In this document: piece by piece, positions 35,237 to 44,615 of the stretch
Layout of the letters: every line of letters starts with the position of its first letter
Position numbering within the stretch: the first letter of the stretch is position 1
Virus record (IMG/VR): IMGVR_UViG_3300048839_000819
Span: 1 to 58,747 of that record
DNA length: 58,747 bases
Strand: one strand, 5' to 3'
Origin: a virus
Taxonomy: Duplodnaviria; Caudoviricetes
Notes under the pieces: generated by a model
What the model was told of the DNA's origin: nothing
The model's input: the letters and a program-made list of their open reading frames with translations, nothing else
Database searches by the model: none
Made by a program: the position numbers and the translations under genes

Positions 35237-37042
35237 TTAAAATTGATATCCTCTAGAAACAAGCTCATCAAAAGAAGCACCAGTAGAAGTAACTACAACG
35301 TTAAGTCTAACGTAATAGATGGCTCTAACAGGCTTGACAAACACAGTGATTGCCAATTCATTAGCATCAATAACAGCGGGTGTATTGTTAGATGTATCAC
35401 AGATAACTCTGTATCCAGAATCTCCAGATTCTGTTTGAAAAGCTCCTCTAGCAGCAAGATTGTTCAAATATGAATCTGTTACAGAGGCAACCTCAAATCT
35501 AGTATCTGAGGTATTGTTATACCCAATGATATAATCTTGATATGCCTCACAGAGGTCGTACTCAAGCATATTTAGGAGACGCCTGACATTGATGCCAGAA
35601 AGAGCAGAGCTCTTCTTCTGCATGGTTCTCTGACCAAACAAAGCAATGCCTCTACCCGGAGATACTTTGATACAGTTGACTTGAGCAGCGTCCAGCAAGC
35701 CAATTTCAGTATCATTATATCTTTGAGAAAGACCAATTACATTAGTGAGCTGTCCATTTGTCCATCCACCAACACCATCCCAAACTTCACCATTAAATGT
35801 GACTCTGGCGTATGCAGCAGCAATAGAACCAATCGGAGGTATAGTTACAACCTGATCATTGATACTGTCATTGATCTTTACATAAGGTGAGAACAATGCA
35901 AAATCATCTGTATTGAAATTCTGTGTTGAATTTCTAAAGGTAAGTGCGCTTGCAGCAGCCTTTTCAGAATCAGGAACAGCACCAAAAGCAATGGTATCTT
36001 TCCTATTTTCAGCAACAGCCTTCATTGCTGTCTGAATTGTTACAATATCAGATGCAGAATGTGAAGATAGATAAGATCCACCAATAAGGATATTTACTGT
36101 AACATCGGATTCATTGTAGAATGTGTACCATCCAGAATAATCCGTAGAGCTTCCAGCATAATTGCTGGCTGTAGGATCACTACCATTTACACCGCCTCCA
36201 AGCAGAACAGCCGTTGAGTTCTCTTTTGGCAGAGTTGTTTCAGCAACAGCAGTTTCATCTGAAACACGAATATACATACTGTAATCATTTATCTTGGTTT
36301 CAAGGTACAATTGTTTGCCAAAACCATCAATTTTCTTGACACGAGAAACGTTCCATGACTCAACAAGAGTTGTTACATTGTTGATATCAGTCTCATAAAC
36401 CTCAATATCAAATGTAAAAGCCTCTGTTTCATCAGAAACATACGTAACCCCAGAGCTTTCCCATGCAGGAATACCCGTGGTGGGATCAGTGGTCAATACC
36501 CAGTGAGTCGGGGCAGCTCCAGGAGTGTAGGTCACACTGGCAGTGTGATTTAGTAGGCATCTATAAACAGAGCCACTATACACAACTTTATGAGCGCCAA
36601 GAACATTGACAATCTTTACTGATAGGCTATTTCCCCAGGCTCCTTGATTATCTGCAAAGATGTCAAAGACTTGAGAATCCACAGAGGATCTAGCTGCATA
36701 CGTGGCAGCAGCAGTTCCAGTTGTGAATGCTGTGATAGTATCAGATGAATCCTTAGATACCGCTGAAATACCAGCAAAAAGAGCCCCATTAATTATTCTC
36801 TTAAAGTAAAGCTGTCTTCCTTGAGACAGAAACTCAAGAGCCATATAATGGGCATAATTACCCACTTCTGGGTTGCCATAGATAGCCACAAAATCTTGTG
36901 AATTTGTTACAAGAGTTCTATCTGTTCTGCCCTTCTTTGTGAAACCAACACACCCACCAATAACTGAAGGATTATTTTCAATAAATTGTGAGGTGTCAGT
37001 TTCTTTTAAATAAACATTTGGACCTTTTGACTTGTCGCCCAT
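35237..37042 (-). CDS. gp18: tail sheath protein
   Basis: GPNVYLKETD...G.TKKG...INVRRLL...CDTSNNTP...VKPVRAIYYV; start ATG 37042 with RBS GGAG. Confidence 0.95.
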   Translation of the reverse strand: MGDKSKGPNVYLKETDTSQFIENNPSVIGGCVGFTKKGRTDRTLVTNSQDFVAIYGNPEVGNYAHYMALEFLSQGRQLYFKRIINGALFAGISAVSKDSSDTITAFTTGTAAATYAARSSVDSQVFDIFADNQGAWGNSLSVKIVNVLGAHKVVYSGSVYRCLLNHTASVTYTPGAAPTHWVLTTDPTTGIPAWESSGVTYVSDETEAFTFDIEVYETDINNVTTLVESWNVSRVKKIDGFGKQLYLETKINDYSMYIRVSDETAVAETTLPKENSTAVLLGGGVNGSDPTASNYAGSSTDYSGWYTFYNESDVTVNILIGGSYLSSHSASDIVTIQTAMKAVAENRKDTIAFGAVPDSEKAAASALTFRNSTQNFNTDDFALFSPYVKINDSINDQVVTIPPIGSIAAAYARVTFNGEVWDGVGGWTNGQLTNVIGLSQRYNDTEIGLLDAAQVNCIKVSPGRGIALFGQRTMQKKSSALSGINVRRLLNMLEYDLCEAYQDYIIGYNNTSDTRFEVASVTDSYLNNLAARGAFQTESGDSGYRVICDTSNNTPAVIDANELAITVFVKPVRAIYYVRLNVVVTSTGASFDELVSRGYQF

Positions 37043-37053
37043 ATTAAAACTCC

Positions 37054-37773
37054 TTACGTTGTGCAAACGCTACAATTCTCACCAGACCAAAGTAGTAGTG
37101 CTTCTCGTCTTTGTGAATCTATTTCTTGTTCTCCAATTACCATGTCAATCATATTTTGGTCTGTTAGAGCAGACCCATCATACAATTTCATGATAATACT
37201 TCTGATAGCCTTCTGCGTAAGGCTCTTTAATATATAACCTTGTACCTCTACCCCTATTTTTTGGGTATAATACTGGCCTTTTTCGTATTTAATACCAGTT
37301 GTTGATTCGTCTACTATATCTTTTAATGATACATTAAATTCTATAGGAAAATTTGTGTTATAAGTTAAATCCAATGAAGGATTTTCTTGGTTCCAGAAAA
37401 GAAGCTTGTCTGTGACTAATTCATGTGTATATAGACTTAATGTCCAAAACCAAACATCGTAATTTATGATTGCTGGAACAGCAGTTACTAAGGTGGATTC
37501 ATCGTCGTCATCAACCTGTATTTCAATACCAGTTCTGGCTAAGCCTGTCTGATTCATACGCCAGTTATATGAAACTTTTGTTTTCCATAGATTTATAAAC
37601 TCAAGAAAATTCTGTCCTCTTTTTTCAGCGGTATGCCTCTGAGCAGACTCTTTAGGCATGATGCTGACATGATTTTCCATATTAGGTAAGTCCAGAATCT
37701 GTCTGAACTTAGAGAATAAATTACATCTAAGTGCAAAAGAAACTAAAGATATTGTGCTTATACTAGTATTCAT
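37054..37773 (-). CDS. tail completion/terminator protein (gp15-like)
   Basis: Position upstream of the sheath gene; AVPAIINYDVWFW motif. Confidence 0.6.
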   Translation of the reverse strand: MNTSISTISLVSFALRCNLFSKFRQILDLPNMENHVSIMPKESAQRHTAEKRGQNFLEFINLWKTKVSYNWRMNQTGLARTGIEIQVDDDDESTLVTAVPAIINYDVWFWTLSLYTHELVTDKLLFWNQENPSLDLTYNTNFPIEFNVSLKDIVDESTTGIKYEKGQYYTQKIGVEVQGYILKSLTQKAIRSIIMKLYDGSALTDQNMIDMVIGEQEIDSQRREALLLWSGENCSVCTT

Positions 37774-38366
37774 TAAAATCCAAAGATACTACTTTCACCT
37801 TCGGAGGGAGATGACCCACCAATGGACCCGGTTTCATTTGTAGAGCCTGCAAGATAAGGACTAGAGGGCAATTTATCCGTAACAGAGTCAATATCTGCAT
37901 TTGCCGTTACGGCAGCATCGCAGGCACTTTGCACGTCAGAAGATGTTAAATCTTGCAGATCACTAACAATTTTAGAGTCTGTTTTTATACCTATGTGTAT
38001 AGGAAATGTGTCGGCCAATGTGAAATTAAGACCTATAGTGTCTCCATTCATTTCAGCCGCTGTTATACCTGTTATGCCCCATTCACCAGAGGTTGCATCA
38101 TAGGCTACTGTTCCAGAAAGAGTTCCACCAACACCATCTTTTGTATATTTCTTTGCAGGAGTTCCTGTGGTTACTTCAGAGCCATCTAGAACAGATATGA
38201 ACTTACCTATAGGTAAATAGCTTATTGCTGTATTCTTTTTAAACATTGATTCTACCTCATTGAATCTGTTAGATTTTACAAATAAACTAGATGGATCAGT
38301 GCCCATAGTTCCAGTTGCCCCCAAAGGGGTGCTATCGTCTAAAAGATCTTCACTATACCAAATCAT
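37773..38366 (-). CDS. virion structural protein (start may be ATG ~38246)
   Basis: Thr/Gly-rich; GEW...TAAEMNGD pattern. Confidence 0.55.
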   Translation of the reverse strand: MIWYSEDLLDDSTPLGATGTMGTDPSSLFVKSNRFNEVESMFKKNTAISYLPIGKFISVLDGSEVTTGTPAKKYTKDGVGGTLSGTVAYDATSGEWGITGITAAEMNGDTIGLNFTLADTFPIHIGIKTDSKIVSDLQDLTSSDVQSACDAAVTANADIDSVTDKLPSSPYLAGSTNETGSIGGSSPSEGESSIFGF

Positions 38367-38432
38367 TATATTCTATCTATTATATCTGAATTAAAATAAA
38401 ATAAAACTATTTTTTATTTAAATATTTTATGT

Positions 38433-38723
38433 TTATATGTCTTCATTGACATCAAGCATTTTACTCAATTTTACATACTCTTTGTCATTTCCAACTGTAG
38501 TTACTGATCCATCCTCATTTTCTATTGTGGATATGGGATTCAAAACAGTTATAATTTCACCTTCTGGACCATCACAGACACCAGTTTCAGTATCTGACTC
38601 ATATCTCAAAGCATACTTATCTATGAAAGCTTCTATTCTTTCCGCTTTCTCAGGAGAAGGTGCAACAGTATCCATTAAATTGCCAGAGGGCATAACCCAA
38701 TAAAATGTCTTTATTTCATACAT
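38433..38723 (-). CDS. hypothetical protein
   Basis: RBS AAGG; operon context. Confidence 0.55.
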   Translation of the reverse strand: MYEIKTFYWVMPSGNLMDTVAPSPEKAERIEAFIDKYALRYESDTETGVCDGPEGEIITVLNPISTIENEDGSVTTVGNDKEYVKLSKMLDVNEDI

Positions 38724-38735
38724 ATGTATTACCTT

Positions 38736-40382
38736 TTAACTAGCTGGTATAGAAATAGACCAACCTTGAGTACCTAAGTAAGTTATATCAGTTAGACCTT
38801 GACCTGTTGCCCTTGGCATATTGGTCATAGTTACAGTACAAGAAGGAGCGCCTGCATCACTCGCAACGCGACAGGATGCGAAGAATTCATTAATCTCAGT
38901 AACTGTCCAATTGACAGCATCTAATGTGATCGTAGTTAGGGTACGTTGTCCATCTAATGCGCCTGTAGTCCAGTCCAGGCTTGACGCCTTGGTCACGACT
39001 AGGGATGTCAGCGGCAGAGATGATAGGCTTGCCAACCCGCCTATGTTTTGGTCGGGCCAGGAATTAATACAGACGCTGCCGATGGTTATGTTGCAAGCCC
39101 CATTGCGATTCAAAGAGAATGTTGCATCAGTAGACGTCGAGTAAAGAAGACGAGACTCCTTTGCTGACAATACAGCAAAATCACTTAAAAAATTCCAACC
39201 CGCACGCACACCACCCGAAACCGCGTTTGTTACTTCTGCTAACAACCTGTATTGATTGCCTATGGTCCCAATTTCTTGAGACATATTTACTGCGGCACCC
39301 GTGCTAATAATCTGACACGCACCCGCAGGATTCTCTGTTACCTTACTCGTAGCATCACCAACCTCAATGACACTCCATCCGTCAGGATTATCCCCAGTCC
39401 ACGCATCAAACCCGCCATTGGCCACCAAGTTGGTGATTGCCTTGACAGAGACGTAGGGGATGGTTATGGTGCCGGAGGTGGAAGACGACTCAACCATTAA
39501 GCGTAAATCATAATCAGTATTGCGGACAGCAAAGAGGATTAAAGTATGTGTGCCAACAGTCGAAGGTATTGCTGTGGTCCCTTCGTAAAACGCACCATCA
39601 GAGTGCAGGTATAATAGATTGTTGCCAGCAAGACTGTTTTCAGAAACTCGATACTCTATAACAAAAACGTTGCCAATCGTATTGCTAAAAGATTGGCCGA
39701 GTGTATTCCTCTGGCTATTGCCTGTACACCTGAGTGATGAATTAAACGCCTCCCACGAGGTCCCAACTACCTCAGTCCATCCGGTTAAGTCTGTTGGAAA
39801 ATAACTATTCGTCAGCAGCTCCACGTCCGTTATATGCCCCACCGGCTCCATATCCGGTAAGGTCAGAGAGGCGAGATTACTGAACTGGGCGAACTGTGAC
39901 ACGTCGCCGAGAAGACGGGCACCGTTCATGTTGATGACTGTCACAGCAGTGTTCACGCTGATGACAAAATCAACCACATCATCTTTAGCTACAAGAACAG
40001 ATGCAGTAGTGGCTGTAGTCAACGAAGTTGACAATGATCCATTGATATACAAATCAACAGTTCCAGAGCTGAATGTAAATGTTACATTGATGTAACCAGA
40101 TAAAGTAGCTGTGAAATTTAGTAAAGCATTACTGACAGATGGGGCTGTAAGCCAATGGTTGTCATTGTAATATTTGTACCAATAAGATGTACCACCAATA
40201 CCATCTGGATGTTGTTGATAGGATTTATATACTCTTTCTCCATTTTTATAGCCTGTTCCTAGACCATCACCATAGTCTGTATCTTTATCCCATAAAAATA
40301 AACCTACAGGCCCAGTATCCTCAAAAGCTCCACCAGGATCAACCACTAAAGTTCCAGAAGTTCTTATTCTATTGTAGCTCAT
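38736..40382 (-). CDS. virion accessory protein with carbohydrate-binding-module-like and LRR-like segments
   Basis: ELLTNSYF...GW and NLVANGGFDAW...PDGW CBM-type starts; LxxLxL repeats. Confidence 0.6.
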   Translation of the reverse strand: MSYNRIRTSGTLVVDPGGAFEDTGPVGLFLWDKDTDYGDGLGTGYKNGERVYKSYQQHPDGIGGTSYWYKYYNDNHWLTAPSVSNALLNFTATLSGYINVTFTFSSGTVDLYINGSLSTSLTTATTASVLVAKDDVVDFVISVNTAVTVINMNGARLLGDVSQFAQFSNLASLTLPDMEPVGHITDVELLTNSYFPTDLTGWTEVVGTSWEAFNSSLRCTGNSQRNTLGQSFSNTIGNVFVIEYRVSENSLAGNNLLYLHSDGAFYEGTTAIPSTVGTHTLILFAVRNTDYDLRLMVESSSTSGTITIPYVSVKAITNLVANGGFDAWTGDNPDGWSVIEVGDATSKVTENPAGACQIISTGAAVNMSQEIGTIGNQYRLLAEVTNAVSGGVRAGWNFLSDFAVLSAKESRLLYSTSTDATFSLNRNGACNITIGSVCINSWPDQNIGGLASLSSLPLTSLVVTKASSLDWTTGALDGQRTLTTITLDAVNWTVTEINEFFASCRVASDAGAPSCTVTMTNMPRATGQGLTDITYLGTQGWSISIPAS

Positions 40383-40387
40383 TTTAC

Positions 40388-40591
40388 TTAGTCAAATAAC
40401 AGTTTTTGAGAAGAGTTTTCATTAACTTCTGTTAGATTTTGTACAAACGAAAGTTTACTTTTATCGCTTCTCATTAAATCTATATCAACATTTTCTATTT
40501 TAGTTTTAGGAGGTAGTGTTATACTATCTCCAGAATTAGTCACAACTTTAGCTGATATATCACTTATATTTTGACATTCCAAACATCTCAT
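40388..40591 (-). CDS. hypothetical protein
   Basis: RBS AAGGAG. Confidence 0.6.
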   Translation of the reverse strand: MRCLECQNISDISAKVVTNSGDSITLPPKTKIENVDIDLMRSDKSKLSFVQNLTEVNENSSQKLLFD

Positions 40592-40596
40592 ATTTT

Positions 40597-41073
40597 CTAC
40601 TCCTTAAATCTTTCAGCGCGTCTAGGCACAGCCTTAAACCGCTGCTTTATTGCTATTTCGTGCATACTTTCAATAGGTGTATCCACCAACTCAAACTCAT
40701 CCGTGTCGCTTATATCATCAGGAATGTAGTAAATAGGTATTTTGACATAACTTCCAGGTATGATGTCTATGTCTACTGTTTCACTATCCTCATTTACAGC
40801 CTGATTCGGCAAAGTCACCAAAATAGGCAACTCACCTTCCACAAACAAACCCAAATTTTTCAAATGATACTTATTAGGATTCCAACTAACTGATATATTG
40901 CAAGTATATGTTGTAAATTCATAGTCATTCGTAGTTGAATAAGCATCTAAAGCCATAACTTGATTATAGTTATTGGGTATGTACAGAGTACATGGAAACC
41001 CACCAATGTTTAACGCAACATTGACAGTGTTTCTTAAAGCATCAACAGTTTCTTGTGGTACAAGTTTTGACAT
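40597..41073 (-). CDS. neck/head-closure protein (gp14-like)
   Basis: GFPCTLYIP...LKNLG...AVPRR; position. Confidence 0.55.
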   Translation of the reverse strand: MSKLVPQETVDALRNTVNVALNIGGFPCTLYIPNNYNQVMALDAYSTTNDYEFTTYTCNISVSWNPNKYHLKNLGLFVEGELPILVTLPNQAVNEDSETVDIDIIPGSYVKIPIYYIPDDISDTDEFELVDTPIESMHEIAIKQRFKAVPRRAERFKE

Positions 41074-41084
41074 ATATTATTGTT

Positions 41085-43217
41085 TTAAACAGAGGGCTCT
41101 TCTACAACTACCATGAACAATTCAGGATCTTCTGAATCAGTTGTAACTTTAGAATTGGGTGTGGATGCAGCAATTCTATCAGCCTCTTCTTTAGTGGCGA
41201 TAGAGCTTGCTTTAACTGTGTAAGATACTTCTTTTTGCTCTTCTATAAACAAGGTATCATCTTGTTCCATAGAAGACTGTCCATTGAGTTTAAAATCCTC
41301 TCCTTCCGCAGGACTAAAAACAAAATCTCTCGACTCAAATTGCTCATCAGCAAATCTGTCGTCGCCTATATAGTTAGCCCCTTCTCCTGGTTTAACATAG
41401 GCAACTGTTATATGAGGAATATAATCAGGATGATCATTTCCAGGAGCACCTACTCCGTCAACAAGCTCTTTATTGAGGGCATTAACAGCATCACTAACAA
41501 CAGGAATGTATATAACATCGTAATCGTCTCCTTCAAAAACACTTACTTCACCTAAAGTACCAGATATATCATTATACTTATCTACAATAGATGAAAGTTC
41601 ATCTACATTTGTATTTTCTAAACCATAGAGAATAGTAAGATGTGTCTGCATTTCTCTGCCAAATTTGGCAGCATCCTCTTCTGTTCCCTCACCTACATAC
41701 AGTATATCATCAGGGATGTCCTCAGCAAAAGAACGAACTCTAGCAGCAATGTTTTCAGGGATATTCAACATCAAGCAATCATACTCATAGAGGTCATCAG
41801 GCTTTTCTTCAGATTCCTCCTGATTGTCATCAGTAAGAGTTTCCAAAGGCTTCTCTTCTACAGCTTCTACTACTGATGGTGTTGCTTTGTATGTATCGGA
41901 AGTCTCCACAGTGTCCTTAGAAGAGTCATCTAAAGAACCGTACTCCCTAGCATGCCCATTGACATAGTAATCAGGATCTTCTTTGAGGTTATCCATAGCA
42001 ATTTCTCTTGCAATCTCAGGATCATCTGTATGCTCCATTTCTACTCGTGTACCAGTTTCCAATTGCTCTGGATCATAATCTTCTGGAGATGTACCATCCG
42101 CTATACCTCCAACCAACTTCTCTTCATACTGACCTTTATCAAGAGACTCATCCCCCATTGATAAATTCTCTTCTGAATCATCCTCATCTATTGATTCTTC
42201 AACAGGCTCTTCCTCTACACTCCCAATTTCCCCTTGCTCATAAACTTCCTGAGAAATATTCTGTGTGTTTCCGTGATCATTTATATGCCAAACAGAAGGG
42301 AAGAAGTTGTCTTTGGCTGTTTTTTGTCTAACAGCAGCAAGACCTTGCTCATAGTCACTAAATTTGCCTATCATATCCCCTTCAATATAATAGACCTTTA
42401 CGGTACTTCCCATACCAGTATCTGCTATTACAATATCTTCCGGTGAAGGTTCAGCAAACATATCCTCTTCACCACCATCAAGAAGATCATCCTCATAGTA
42501 TTCTTCGTATTCATCCTGCTCATAATTATCAAACATTGTATGCGCCGAATGAACCTCATAGAGGAGCTTGGACGGAACAGCTATATAAGGAATTTTACCC
42601 GATGATCTTGTCACCACAAAAGGCAATGAAGACTCTGAAATGGCCTTTGCAAGGCCCTTGTCATAAACAGGAAGATACTCGTATTCTTTGAGCTTATCTT
42701 CTGAAATCTTCATGGCTTTATATTTTTTGGCAAGACTCTCAACAAACTGTTTATGTTTTGTTTCAGAAACAAGTCTAACAGAATTCAATGAAAATTGCCT
42801 TTGCTTATCGTCTATGACAACACAGCACATTGGGCCAAGAATGCTTTCTACAATAGCACACTTGCCAAAGGCATCGCTTTCTTTATTAATCACCATTACC
42901 GTATCATAAATAGAAATGGACTCTACTCTGACTGTATCACCACTGACATCATCAGCAATGATGCTTTTATCTTCCATTTCTTTTTCATACTTGATTCTTT
43001 CATTATCCGTATCAGATGAGTCTTCCTTAATGTGGGTATTGACTCTACGAGTCAGAGCCCCACAGTTTTCACAAAGATTCTCATAATCAGCACCGTTAGA
43101 CTCTGCAAGAGTCTTTTGTGTATGTGTACAACGAACACACACTCTCATATTAGTAGATTCCTTTACTTCGGGATCTTCAAGGGTCATAAGCTTAGACAAA
43201 AGTTTTTGCATATTCAT
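41085..43217 (-). CDS. acidic multidomain head protein: zinc finger + DUF5661-like + C-terminal 2H phosphodiesterase (Acb1/gp57B-like)
   Basis: CVRC...CENC; QLETGTRVEMEHTDDPEIAREIAMDNLKEDPDYY; CLML...GREMQTHLTILYGL...DYIPHITVAYVKPGEG (two HxT motifs). Confidence 0.8.
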   Translation of the reverse strand: MNMQKLLSKLMTLEDPEVKESTNMRVCVRCTHTQKTLAESNGADYENLCENCGALTRRVNTHIKEDSSDTDNERIKYEKEMEDKSIIADDVSGDTVRVESISIYDTVMVINKESDAFGKCAIVESILGPMCCVVIDDKQRQFSLNSVRLVSETKHKQFVESLAKKYKAMKISEDKLKEYEYLPVYDKGLAKAISESSLPFVVTRSSGKIPYIAVPSKLLYEVHSAHTMFDNYEQDEYEEYYEDDLLDGGEEDMFAEPSPEDIVIADTGMGSTVKVYYIEGDMIGKFSDYEQGLAAVRQKTAKDNFFPSVWHINDHGNTQNISQEVYEQGEIGSVEEEPVEESIDEDDSEENLSMGDESLDKGQYEEKLVGGIADGTSPEDYDPEQLETGTRVEMEHTDDPEIAREIAMDNLKEDPDYYVNGHAREYGSLDDSSKDTVETSDTYKATPSVVEAVEEKPLETLTDDNQEESEEKPDDLYEYDCLMLNIPENIAARVRSFAEDIPDDILYVGEGTEEDAAKFGREMQTHLTILYGLENTNVDELSSIVDKYNDISGTLGEVSVFEGDDYDVIYIPVVSDAVNALNKELVDGVGAPGNDHPDYIPHITVAYVKPGEGANYIGDDRFADEQFESRDFVFSPAEGEDFKLNGQSSMEQDDTLFIEEQKEVSYTVKASSIATKEEADRIAASTPNSKVTTDSEDPELFMVVVEEPSV

Positions 43218-43231
43218 AAAATTGCTCCTAT

Positions 43232-44128
43232 TTATTTTGCTTTTAAAGATCCACCACAAAATATAAAAATTTGAGGCTGATTTAGATCTTCACTGTAACA
43301 AACTGCTTGTGTGTATTGTGAAAATCCTGAATGTTTTAATGTTGTGCTTACTCCAAGTAAGAAAGTAGAGCCATTTATATCCGTTGATTCCTTGAAACTC
43401 TGAGGAAATTTTACCAGTGCTACGATATTTTTGATGTTTATATCGTTTGATATTTTACTTATTGATAGAACTACTGCTTTTTCAATTAAATCTTGAGGAG
43501 AAAATTCCTCAAATTGTATAACATCACTCTTGACTATTGGGCTTTTATATAGCTTATCCACAGCACCATACTTTGGAGAAGTACTAAAGTTAGCTTGATT
43601 TGAAAGACTCAAGTAGTTTTTATATGTAGTAATTGTTTTATAAACGCTTAATTGTACGTCTTCTGTATTTTGTTTTTCAGCAAATACCGTATTGACTATA
43701 CCAGAGTGCGCCAAAGTGGCGATATGGAACAAATCTTTCTTATTGGTATAGATACAAAGCACAGATATGTTGCTCTTTGAGCAAATATTTATGTTTGACA
43801 AAGCATTGTGTTTGTCATTAAAGACAATGCCTGAAATAATTGACTTTAAATACTTATTAGAAGCATCTGAACAAATTAGAATCTGTGACTTATTTGTGGT
43901 GAGATCAGAGATCTCTGTATACAAATCCTGTATGTTGTTTATATGAATCCCAGATGTTTCTTGAGGATCATCATGAACATAGAATGATGGAAACACCTCA
44001 TCACCAAAAGAGAGTATCTTATGGTAAAGAGATCCTATCTCACCTAAACATACAAATATATAATTAGGGAGACATCCCTTCGGTATGCTTAGAAATGAGG
44101 AAACACTTATGTCAGGAGCAATTTGCAT
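43232..44128 (-). CDS. hypothetical protein
   Basis: 298-aa ORF, TAATG overlap. Confidence 0.65.
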   Translation of the reverse strand: MQIAPDISVSSFLSIPKGCLPNYIFVCLGEIGSLYHKILSFGDEVFPSFYVHDDPQETSGIHINNIQDLYTEISDLTTNKSQILICSDASNKYLKSIISGIVFNDKHNALSNINICSKSNISVLCIYTNKKDLFHIATLAHSGIVNTVFAEKQNTEDVQLSVYKTITTYKNYLSLSNQANFSTSPKYGAVDKLYKSPIVKSDVIQFEEFSPQDLIEKAVVLSISKISNDINIKNIVALVKFPQSFKESTDINGSTFLLGVSTTLKHSGFSQYTQAVCYSEDLNQPQIFIFCGGSLKAK

Positions 44129-44529
44129 TAACCAACAATCTTTACAGACTCTCCGCTTTCATTTGCCCATTTACCAGACCCAGAATCACCCAAATTAAGC
44201 AAAGAAAAAATCTTATCACTTACGGTATCACCAATTTTCCAGTAAGCACATTCCAAGGGACTGGTTTCCTTTTCCCCTGCAACCAGAGGTTGCTCTTCTC
44301 TTTTGAGGTTTTTAAACCTATAGGAAACCAATTTATGCAGTGCTGTGGCTGGATTGTCTACTGTGGCAATATCAGTCAGAATTTGCATAGCCTTCTCATC
44401 TTTGGGAAAAGCTTTAGATCCCCGGTCTACGAGCTTATTAAAAATAGAGTCGTAGCCAGAGGCTGGAGCCTTGTCTAAGTAAGAAGCAAATATTTTCATC
44501 CAGGTTTTGTACAGTTCTAATTGTTTCAT
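44128..44529 (-). CDS. hypothetical protein
   Basis: Preceded by an AT-rich promoter-like tract (TTTACT...TATAAT). Confidence 0.65.
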   Translation of the reverse strand: MKQLELYKTWMKIFASYLDKAPASGYDSIFNKLVDRGSKAFPKDEKAMQILTDIATVDNPATALHKLVSYRFKNLKREEQPLVAGEKETSPLECAYWKIGDTVSDKIFSLLNLGDSGSGKWANESGESVKIVG

Positions 44530-44615
44530 GGGGTTTTGCTCTTAAAAATAATTAATTTCAATTTTTATTATATTATAATTTAAAAAATAAGTAAACTAAA
44601 TTTTTATATAAATTG

